64,000 nt of DNA from positions 23,289,989 through 23,353,988 of the forward strand of contig NC_081373.1 of the NCBI RefSeq assembly GCF_030684315.1, read 5' to 3'. Positions 53,858-64,000 of this stretch are shown here, piece by piece; within the stretch, counting starts at the first letter, position 1; each line of letters starts with the position of its first letter. The notes beneath the pieces are model-generated. The model saw only the letters and a list, made by a program, of their open reading frames with translations, was not told where the DNA came from and did not search any database. The position numbers and the translations under genes are program-made. Origin of the DNA: Stegostoma tigrinum (taxonomy: Eukaryota).

Positions 53858-54803
53858 CAGCTGCCTCACAGCGCCATGTACCTGGGTTCTATACCACCCT
53901 AGGGTGACTGTCTGTGTGGAGTTTGCACATTCTCCCCGTGTCTGTGTGGGTTTCCTCTGGATGCTCTGGTTTCCTTCCACAGTCCAAAGATGTGTAGGCT
54001 AGGTGGATAGGCCATGCTAAATTGGCCATAGTGTTCTGGGATGTGTAGGAGGCCAAGGGGAGGCAATTGCCTCGTGGTATTATCACTGGGCTGTTAATCC
54101 AGAGACCCAGGTAATATTCTGGGGACCTGGGTTCAAATCCTATCATGACAGATGCTGGGATTGGAATTCAATAAATATCTGGACTTAACAATTTAATGAT
54201 GACCATAAATCCATTGTTGATTGTTGGGGGAAAAACCCATCTGGTTCACTAATGTCCTTTAGGGTACGACATCTGGTGTGTGTGTGTGTGTCTCTAAATA
54301 CTCCCATGGCACATCAATAATCCACTTACAGTATGCTTCTGCACTTTAACACTGGACCCTGGGACACAATTGCAACTATCGTTATCTTCAAGGCAGACTA
54401 TGTTGAAGAAACCCAGCAGATCTGGCAACATTTGTGGAGAGAGAAACAGAGTTAATGTTTTGAGTTTGCTATGATTCTTCTTCAGAACAATCTTACAAAC
54501 GTAATGCTGCGGCAAGATCTCTTTGCCTTCAGGGACATGCAACCAGCTCATGGATTGGACCTGGCTGCACCTCTTGTCTGGCCTCCATGTGACTCCAGAC
54601 CCACAGCAATGTAGTTGACTCTTAACTGCCCTCTAGGCAATTAGGGATGGACAATAAATGCTGCTAGCCAGTGATGCTCTCATCCTGTGAATGAATAAAA
54701 GAATAAAGAGATTAGGGAGATGGGTCTAGGTGGGATGCTCTGACGGTCAGTATGGACTTGTTGGGCTGAAGTGCCTGTTTCCACATTGTAGGGATTCTAT
54801 GAT
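53858..54803 (+). mobile_element. Nested SINEs: HE1/V-SINE split by a second SINE (about 54057-54705), itself split by the inverted duplication
   Basis: The outer halves match the 29470-29792 SINE and the inner halves match the 26260-26980 SINE. Confidence 0.85.
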
Positions 54804-56119
54804 GATATTGATTGAGGAACAGTCAGACAGACAGACAGGGTGTGAACAACTGAACCAGATTAATTGTCCCTTTAATGTGAATGACTTTCTTGCAGAATTT
54901 TATAAACAGTTGAGGTGTAGTGATAATAGTTAGAATATTTAATATTTTTGGACAACAGTGCACAAATGAGTGAGATACCCAAACACAGGCAAATATCCAG
55001 AAGCTAATCGCAAAATAACAACTTTAAAAAAAAACTTGTTATAAAACACTTGCTGCTCGATTGTTTCCATGTGTATGCCCTGCACCTTTACTCAGTGTGA
55101 GCAGACATCATGTGTTAGGACCAAGGAACTGAATGGCAGGAATGAACCCTGCACTAAAACTGTTTGGCCAAAATTATAAGTAATACTGGGCTTTAGGCAC
55201 CAATTACGCAAGACCAAGCAGCTCGCTGGCTGAGGATGGTTCAAATTTGGATACTGCATGCAATGATTCCATCTGATAGTAACACTTGGCATATCTGATG
55301 TCAGAGTGAAACCTAGTTTGATAGGTCATAAATTTAAGTCAGTTACTGCAATGACCAGTCATTGAACATATTCAAACGTGATTAACAAAAGAGCACAAGT
55401 TAATTACAATAGGTAAGAAAGATCTTAATATAAACAACAAAAGAGATTTTCAATCTGTTTCTCAGGCATATTGTTTATAGGGACTCAATTTCGGTAAACT
55501 GCCTGCCCTATGTTAACTCTTTAATAATTAATTACTTGACAATTTCTAAGTCTGATGGCCTATAGGCCACTTTCCAGTTCTGGTCACCAAAACCTTTTTT
55601 TTTACTTCTGGCAGCTTGAGAACTTCTATGTAAACTTCTCACATCTTGGAATTTACAAATACAATCCTTTCTGCTGTCGTTAAACTGTTGTTCTGAATTA
55701 GAAGCCAATTCTTCTGAACCGAACACTGATGGGCCCTGGTTTGCTGTCTCTGTCTGTTATTTAAGCTCACCTTTGTCAATACTCCATGAATTAACTGGAC
55801 AGGTATCCTGCTCGGCACTTCTTCAAAATTCCAAGTCTCCAGAATGAGAGTATATTACACACCTCTATCACTTGTATCATAAGCAAGGTCCCTTCATGCA
55901 GGTCTTAGGAATGAATTGAATTGTTGGGGTAGAGGTAAAAATGGGAGCTGGCAATAGTTTTTGATATTGCTGTGAAGCCAGGAGTGTACCTTTGTTATGT
56001 TAGTGGTAGCCTAATTGTAAAGGAGGTTTCAAATGCTCATTAGACAAAATCCTTGAGACTTTCTATTTCCTGCTTTTATTAATACAGCAGGAGTCACCCT
56101 TCCAGCTCATAATGGACAC

Positions 56120-56562
56120 AAAGTGCACAAGCTTCAACATCTTCCCTCCACACGAGCACATCCCAAACCGGCCCCACCTCCCTAACCTCCCTCTCCTCCC
56201 ACCTACCCCTCGCCCCACCTAAAGCCACACCCCCATCTCTACCTACTAACCTCATCCCGCCCCTTGACCTGTCCGTCCTCCCTGGACTGACCTATCCCCT
56301 CCCTAACTCCCCACCTACATCACTTTTACTGGCTCCATCCCCGCCCCTTTAACTTGTCTGTCTCCTCTCCACCTATTTGCTCCTCTCCACCTATTTTCTC
56401 CTCTATCCATCTTCGATCCGCCTCCCCTTCTCTCCCTATTTATGTCAGAACCTCCACCCCCACTTCTGAAGAAGGGCCTAGGCCCGAAATGGCAGCTTTC
56501 CTGCTCCTTTGATGCTGCTTGGCCTGCTGTGTTCATCCAGCTCTGCACCTCGTTGTCTCAGG
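56120..56562 (+). mobile_element. Penelope-like element 3' region
   Basis: C-rich tract and terminus match the reverse complement of 63034-63460. Confidence 0.85.
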
Positions 56563-57239
56563 TTTTGGAAACTGGTTTCCCTGTCTTGAGGAACAGGCGT
56601 ATTGGCCCTCCAATAGCACAAGTCAAGCCTAAATATTTTTCAGCCCGTTACTTAATTGTTTTTGTAAATAACTAATGAATGATATGAATCGTCGTACATC
56701 AGCAAGTTGGCTCCTTGCGTGACAGCGCAAATATAATATGCGTTTAACAGAAAATACTTGTATCCTGAAGTATCTACAGCGCAGTAACGGGCTAGCCCAG
56801 CTCAACAGGTCCATGTCGATGTTTCTGTTCGAAGTGAGCATTCTTTCGCTTACTTAGATTATTCTCTTCCATTCCTTACGGCCCTCTGCTTGGCTAACTT
56901 ATCTGAAAATGCATCCATGCGGCTTTTTTCAGCTGGATATAATTGAGACATGAACAATTGACGAACTTGAAGAAGGAATTACATGTGCAATGGGAAAATT
57001 CTACTGACAATTATTGCGATGTATTTGTATGGGTATGACATTAATTTAAACTTTAGGTTTATCCGTAAGGCTCCATAAAAGACACGCAAATTCCTTTTGA
57101 AGACGGAAAACTTGGAAGACTTTTATTTTAAATGCAACGGAAAGTATTTACACCCTGATGTACTACATACAATGTTATATCCGCTAATTTCTTATCCACC
57201 TTCCTGTGGTTGTGGTTTCATGGATGAGGAAAACAATGT

Positions 57240-57400
57240 TTAAAAAAACTGCAGAAGCTGGAAAACAGAAACAAAAACAGAAATTGCTGGAAAAACGCTC
57301 AGCAGGTCTGCAGCGTCAGAAATGTTAACTCTGTCTTCCGTCCACAGATGCTGCCAGACCTGCTGAGCATTTTCCCTCCAGCAATTTATGTTGTTGTTCC
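57240..57400. mobile_element. Short hairpin-forming Penelope-derived repeat
   Basis: aaattgctggaaaaacgctcagcaggtctg is inverted against cagacctgctgagcattttccctccagcaattt. Confidence 0.65.
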
Positions 57401-59179
57401 CTTACAGTTCTTTGCTTTTGTTTTGTTTAGAGTTTAACTCACTGCCATATCTCTTGCTGCTATGACCGCCTTGAAGAAGTTATGCTTCTCTCCGCGAGAG
57501 GATTTCCGTTTTAACCAATATGTTAATTTACCAAAACATCCTTCCTTTTCAATGTGATGCCAGACAGGGAGGATTCACTTGAGTGCAGATGGAGCATCGG
57601 TTTAACCTCTCAACGGAGAGATGGTAATGTAACACTCCTTTAGAACTCAACATAATATCAGCTTAGATTATTGCGTTCGGGTCGTAAAAATCATCATTAT
57701 CGGGTTGCATTACAGCATTTTGCTGTACCTATAAATAAGTAACAATATATTAAATACTTCTACCTTTTAACTAAGTTCTGCCCATCAAGTTGCATTATCG
57801 GGTTGTGATAAAAGTTGGTAGACCTTTGTAAGCCAGAAATCTCCGCGCAGATGATTGATCATCAACAATTGTCTGTGCCACTAAGGCACAAGGAGATGTA
57901 CGCTGGTCACTGAGCTTGAATTTTTCCAGTTTGACTCGAGACACTCTATAAGTTACTAACCTGACAGGAAATGTGTTAACCCTGGTCAGACAATTATCAC
58001 GAACATCGCCAACGCTCTTATGCAATTTTAGCCACTTACATCCGTGCATCTGCTTGGAATTCCCAAACCTTACCAACCTGCAGGTAGAATTTCCAGACAT
58101 CCGAAAGCGTGCATTTTTCTGTGGAAATGGAAATATGAAGTGTGTATAAGATAAGTATAAAGAGTGCTTTAAACGTGATAATATGGGGTGAAAATAAAAT
58201 GAGTGAACATTGTAGCTATTCATCTTCATAATGCTTGTTGTGAGGAATTATTCGATGCAACTACCACTCTGCTTTATTCCCTGCTGAGATGTTGATTTTT
58301 AACAGCAGTGCGTGCTTGCACTGGTATGTCTTTAAATGTGATCACCGAGTAAAACCTCTTTTCAATGAGGCAACCATATTCTCCTCATATGGGTTGCATT
58401 GATCTCCCAATTTTGACGCCGGAGGACAATTGATTCGACCATACTTCCAACTTGACACCTAGGCCTATATGTACTTATGATTCAGAGCATCTAAACTCTT
58501 AGCTGCTTTCCCTCACTTGAACAACTAAAAATAGCACTTGTGTCTCCTTTATAAACTTTGTAAAATCCAATGTCATCTTTACCTGTCTATTCCTTTGTGC
58601 ATTTAAGCACAGTAGCATTCATTGACCTTGCGAACAATTATACAATTGTACGTTGCAAACGTTTATTCTAGAATTTGCACATTGATGCTAATTATGTGAG
58701 TTAATCTTGCAGATCATGATGTAGGAAAATAACTTGATGCATGTTCCAAAATTGGAGACAGAGAAGAAAACAAATCCGGGGAGATAAACTGAAAGACAGT
58801 GTCGAGAAAAGATGAAATTGCAACAGGAGACAATAAGACACAAGATGCGGTAAGTTTTAATTGTGTCAACTAGCATTAACAAGTGAAAAGTGATCTGTGT
58901 TGTTTCGCAAAAGTACAGTTGTCAGGTTCAAAGGTGATATACTCGAGAACACAATAAACTTATTAAACAATATGCGCCTTTTGGAAACGTGAAAACAACA
59001 ATCACCAAAGATATGTTATAATTTGCAATCAAAGGGATAAGCCTAACAGGTTTGGATTAAAAAAATCACTTTCGTTTGCAAATGTTGACTTACATTAAAC
59101 GATACAGTGGTAGAGATAAGCACATTGTCAAAATTATTAATGAATGGCAGTGACGAAAAATCATTAGCAAGTCTAGTAA

Positions 59180-59440
59180 CAGGGACAACTCCGCGAGTTA
59201 AATCATTCGGAAACCTGCCCACGCCAAGTGTGAAGGGTTTCCTTGCAAGTAGCTGTTACTATTCCAGTCAATCAGCTGGCAGCCCATTGGTTTACGCCTG
59301 GGAGGGGGCTTGGTGTTGACGTCAGTACGTCTCTGATTTTGTATTGGCTGTTCCGTTACCGGGTCAGAAGATGAGAAGAACTCTGAGTGGCGATTGGTCG
59401 GTGGCCGGTGGGCGGGGCCCGGCCGTGGTTACGTCGTATT
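59180..59440 (+). promoter_or_regulatory. CpG-island housekeeping-type promoter
   Basis: GC/CpG-rich. Inverted CCAAT boxes (ATTGG 59286, 59343, 59393), perfect CRE TGACGTCA 59317-59324, GC box GGGCGGGG 59410-59417. Confidence 0.8.
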
Positions 59441-59732
59441 TGTTGTCGTGTCAGGGGCCGAGCCTGGAGCTTGGAGTTGCGGCAGAGGCTGGGGCGGATA
59501 GGCCTGGAGAGCAGAGCGCGGTGGGGGAAAGGTCGCGGAGGTTCGCGTTTCTTCTCCCTTGCGAGGCTATTCGGAGCCCAGGTTCAGGTTGTGCTGAAGC
59601 AGGAATTGTGCCGGTTGCCGACAGACTAGGATTCGGCGAAGATGCCTGTCCGAGGGACCGACAACAGGGCCGATCTGGGGGCCCCTGGCAGCGTATGGAG
59701 TGCACGGGGCTGAGGGTTGCTGCTGAGTCCGG
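59440..59732 (+). other. Probable first exon of the divergent neighbouring gene (CCDC186 by synteny, unverified); start approximate
   Basis: GC-rich stretch downstream of the promoter motifs, ending at donor CGG|gtaaga (gt 59733-59734). CCDC186 lies head-to-head with TDRD1 in mammals. No CCDC186 coding sequence is seen in the window. Confidence 0.55.
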
Positions 59733-60549
59733 GTAAGATGTAGCTCGTTGTCTGTTGTTGTCGTCTGTCCTTGTATTCCCCACCTTGCTGTTACACTGCC
59801 GAATCATGGGCCACTAACCAGGCCCGTGATTGCGGCAGCTCTTTGCTGCTATTCTCCTGCAGCATGAAACATTCCTGTGATCTATGTTTTCCCCATAGGC
59901 TTGGTACCTGTTGTGTACCGAGATCTTTTTTATTTCACCTCCCTATCCACACTCAACTCGCCGCCCGGACCATCTCCAGCTCGGGCGAGCTATTACACAT
60001 TTGTTACTGTTACAAGTCAAAAGCTGCAAACATGATCCTTTAACCACTGCACCAGAGTTACAAAATAATTAGTGTTTCGTCACATCTGCCCTATTGTTAT
60101 CTTAATCTGATTTTACTGCTGACCTGCCCAAATACTTGCGATACGTGTTGCAGCTAAAATATTTTGCACCTGATGCTGCAAATGAGAGTATCATAGCTAC
60201 TGGCAGCATGTTCCTTCACTGCGATTTTGTGAGAAGTGATTCAAATGTTGTATTTCATGGGATTTGAAATGAATAAATAAAGGAAGATGACTCGTTCAAG
60301 GCTCAGTTCCAGGATTTTTAATATTCCTATTGAAATAATTTACAGTTTTCTGCAATGTTAGAACTCTGGTTATGAGCGTATAAATCTTATCAGTTTCTGC
60401 ACAACTACATATCAAAGTTCTTGTCTGTTTGTACATGAGAAATTTACAGAGCACTGTTTTTGGGAAATCTGTCACAAATCTCCTAGGACAAGCTAAAGAC
60501 AAATATTAGTTTGTTTGAAAGAAACCGGAAATGACAGACCTCTTAGGGT

Positions 60550-61470
60550 TGCATTCATGTGAGTAAATTATTGGAAACCTTTAGTAGGAACGAAATCATC
60601 GAGCATCACAATATGTGTGTTATAAACAATATGGATTTTGAAGGGAAGACTTGTCAATGTAACAACTATTTGGTGTTACAGTTGATAAGCAGCATATAGT
60701 GTGCTTGAATTTCAGTAAGGCTGTTGATGCAGTTCCACTGGAAAAGCTGGTACTGAAAATACAGAAAATGAAAAGAAAATGGTAGTATTAGAATTATCGC
60801 AATGGAAAAAGGTTACATATCACTGGGAATCTTTTAATTTTTTTTTGTTTTAATAACTTCATTAGTTGTCTGAAGGTAGGAATAATGATAGGTTGGCAGC
60901 ATGTGCAAATTTAGCGAATGAATTTGGTGAACTCCAAAGTTGAGCAGGATAAGACGGATGGAATGAACTTGTATTTGGGAATGAGACAGATAGCAGATGA
61001 AATGCCAAGTGCTTCACTTGTTGTCCAGAAAAACACAAGGAATAGAAATAATGTACCTGGAAAGATAAGAGACCTGGCATTCCTGATAGATAATACATTC
61101 ACAGAAAGCTTTGACAAACTGCAAATCATAAGTGGAAATTACTGAAAGACCACTGTTGATTTAAAATATCAGGAAGATTCTACTGTTAACCGTTGGTCCT
61201 ATAATGCTATGGAGAGGAAACAGAAAAGAGCAAATTGATTTGATAAGAGCTGCTCATAATGTAATCCATTTATGTGAACTTGGTGCACCCTCATTAGAAA
61301 AGAGGTGATATGCTTACAGTTTTCAGATTCGAAAGGAGGTGGATAATCTGGAACATGACATGCTGTTTCTGATTTTCAAGGATGCTGAGACTAATGGAAA
61401 TAGATTATGCTTGAGGGAGTTCAGTTCAAAACAAATAAATGGAAATTTTTCTCTTGGTAAGCAAGGTCAA
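60550..61470 (+). mobile_element. Ancient CR1 RT remnant (3' end resumes near 62280)
   Basis: Traces of QYGF, LEFSKAVDAVP and ANLANEF motifs. Confidence 0.55.
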
Positions 61471-61474
61471 TCAA

Positions 61475-62270
61475 TACTTTCCCTTCACCACTCCTTAGTT
61501 CACATCACAGTCCCCACTATCCACTCCAACCCACCTGGTACCTTCTCCTGTAACCGTAAAAGATGCAATGCCTGCCTGCACACCACCTCCCTCACCTCCA
61601 TGTAGGGCCTTAAACAGTCCTTCCAAGGGAGACAGTCCTTCACCTGCATCTCCTGTAGCCCTGTCTATTGCATCCAGTGCTCCCAATGTGGTCTTCTCTA
61701 AATGTAGAGTAGGCAACTGTTTCGCTGAACATCTTCGCCTGGCCTGTAACGGCTAGACTACCTTCAGCTCACTGTCCATTTCAACTGTAACCCACTGTGC
61801 ACCCCCCACCTCCCAGACACGTCTGTCCTTGGCATCATCCAGTGTCACCCAACTGGGAATGCACATTTAGAACAACACGTTATCTTCTGCCTGGGCAACC
61901 TACGACCCAGAGGACTCAACACTGAGTTCTCCAATTTCAAGTAACCTTTCCATCCATCCTTTCTCCCTTTCTAGCCTCACTTCCTCCTTTCCATTCCACC
62001 TTCTGACCCTCTTTTTTTTGCCACCAACCGGATTCACCCCTCCAGTCGACCAGCCGGGTCATACCTACTACCAGTGTCCACTTATCACACCATTCCGCTA
62101 CCTGATTGCCCCCTCTCTTTATCTGTAGCTTCTCCACCCCAACATCCAGTCCTGACGAAGGGTAATACCTGAAACATTGACTTTCCCTTTCCTTCAGATG
62201 CTGACTGGCTTACTGTGTTCTTCCAGTCTCCTGTTTGTCTGCCTTGGATTCCAGCTTTTACTGTTTTTTT
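61475..62270 (+). mobile_element. Degenerate Penelope-like element (GIY-YIG region and terminus)
   Basis: PPGTFSCNRKRCNAC...FTC...VYCIQCSQCGLL...FAEHL...EQHVIFCLGNLRPRGLN. Confidence 0.85.
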
Positions 62271-63033
62271 TTTGCTAACCGTGGTCAATCTATACAACAG
62301 GCTTGTTATTGAAAGATGGTAGAAGCAGATGTTTTTGATTCATTCAAATGAAAATTACCTTAAGCAATATTTTGGGATATAGTGTGTAATTTGAGACATG
62401 TACAGTGAATACAGCATGCTTTTAGGAACAGGTGACTTTGTATGCATTTATTACCAAAAATTCCATAACTGGAGGTTTCCTTGTGTCATATTTGTGTGTT
62501 GCTGACTATAGAGTGGTTGCTGTAATTAGTCAACAACTTCATTAACATTACCATGTGATCACCCAGGATGGCAGGAGATGCACTAAATGTGTCCTGCCTT
62601 TTTTTGACTGGAAATGCAAGATTTCTAACATACTGAAAACATTGAGAGTTATTTGGCAAAATAATACCTGTATAGTAATGTAGTGACATTGTACGCATTG
62701 AAAATACTCCCACTTTGTTTACTAAGTAGATAAATAGTGTTAGAGAGCAATGATACAACGGCAAAGTAAATCAAGTAGGATTTCTTTACTTCTTCTTTTA
62801 CACCCCAGTAGCACAGGGGAGTTCAGAATTAGAGGGCATAATTTTGAGGTTAGGAAGAAAAGATTTAAAAGGTACCCAAGGGGCAACTTTTTCATGCAGT
62901 CGGTGGTCCATATATGGTTCTAGCAGCCAGTGGAAATGTAGGTACAGGTACAGTCACAATATTTAAAAAACATTTGGACAGATAAATGAATAGAAAAGGT
63001 TTAGAAGGACATAAGGCAAATAAGACTAGATTA

Positions 63034-63975
63034 CAATGTGTGAAGCCGGATGAACACAGCAGGCCAAGCAGCATCTCAGGAGCACAAAAGCTGATGTTTC
63101 GGGCCTCGACCCTTCATCAGAGAGGGCGTTGGGGAGAGGGTTCTGAAATAAATAGGGAGAGAGGGGTGGCAGACCAAAGATGGAGAGAAAAGAAGATAAG
63201 TAAAGAGGAGAGTATAGGTGGGGAGGTAGGGAGGGGTTAGCTCAGTCCAGGGAAGACGGACAGGTCAAGGAGGCGGGATGAGGTTAGTAGGTAGGAAATG
63301 GAGGTGCGGCTTGAGGTGGGAGGAAGGGATAGGTGAGAGGAAGAACAGGTTTGGGAGGCGGGGACAGGCTGGGCTAGTTTTGGGATGCAGTGGGTGGAGG
63401 GGACGAGCTGGGCTGATTTTGTGATGCAGTGGGGGAAGGGGAGATTTCGAAGCTGGTGAAGTCCACATTGAAACCTTTGGGCTACAGGGTTCCCAAGCAG
63501 AGTATGAGTTGCTGTTCCTGCAACCTTCGGGTGGCATCATTGTGGCACTGCAGGAGGCCCATGATGGACATGCCATCTGAGGAATGGGAGGGAGAGTTAA
63601 AATGGTTTGCGACTGGGAGGTGCAGTTGTTTATTGCGAACCGAGCGGAGGTGTTCTGCAAAGTGGTCCCCAAGCCTCCGCTTGGTTTCCCCAATGTAGAG
63701 GAAGCCACACCAGGTGCAGTGGATACTCCCTGGACTGACCTATCCCCTCCTTACCTCCCCACCTATACTCACCTTTCCACCTAACTTCTTTTCTCTCCAT
63801 CTTAGGTCCTCCTCCCTATTTATTCCAGTTCCCTCTCTCCATCCCCCTCTCTGATGAAGGGTCTCGGCCTGAAACATCAGCTTTTGTGCTCCTGAGATGC
63901 TGCTTGGCCTGCTGTGTTCATCCAGCTTCACCCTTTCTTATCTTGGGTTCTCCATCTGCAGTTCCCGTTATCCAG
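63034..63975 (-). mobile_element. Penelope-like element: GIY-YIG endonuclease C-terminus with inverted terminal copy and 10-bp TSD, inserted in a CR1 3' end
   Basis: Minus-strand YIGETKRRLGDHFAEHLRSVRNKQLHLPVANHFN...RRLQEQQLILCLGTL. 63726-63972 is an inverted copy of the terminus. GACTAGATTA at 63024-63033 and 63976-63985. Confidence 0.92.
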
Positions 63976-64000
63976 GACTAGATTAGTTTGGTATACCTGG

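Noticed and set aside
55532-55850. Exon-like open frames with minus-strand donors
   Set aside because: Weak acceptors, no homology recognised and no consistent reading-frame chain.
59344-59807. Overlapping 80-130 aa ORFs in the CpG island
   Set aside because: Expected from stop-poor GC-rich DNA; no recognisable domains.
1-64000. Prokaryotic-type systems (operons, CRISPR, retron or defence reverse transcriptases)
   Set aside because: The DNA is intron-rich and vertebrate. All RT and nuclease ORFs carry CR1 or Penelope motifs, and no repeat-spacer array was seen.

Overview
This window is vertebrate genomic DNA, not prokaryotic. The repeat landscape (CR1/HER1-type LINEs, HE1/V-SINEs, Penelope-like elements, Harbinger fossils) points to a cartilaginous fish, probably a shark (inference). 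The minus strand carries the 5' part of the piRNA-pathway gene TDRD1. I assembled 11 phase-consistent GT-AG coding exons (39153 down to 2162, 1489 nt, about 496 aa) encoding the N-terminus, the MYND finger, extended Tudor domain 1 and the start of Tudor 2; the gene continues past position 1. A candidate germline-type promoter and non-coding exon 1 lie near 45.1 kb. A CpG-island promoter with a plus-strand first exon at about 59.3-59.7 kb is probably the head-to-head neighbour (CCDC186 by mammalian synteny, unverified). Most ORF-track entries are transposon fragments or noise. I found no new multi-gene system. The best leads are an intact aromatic cage in Tudor 1, a one-residue-short MYND finger, locally templated inverted and tandem duplications around the TDRD1 promoter, a SINE site hit twice independently, and a possible spliced divergent transcript.
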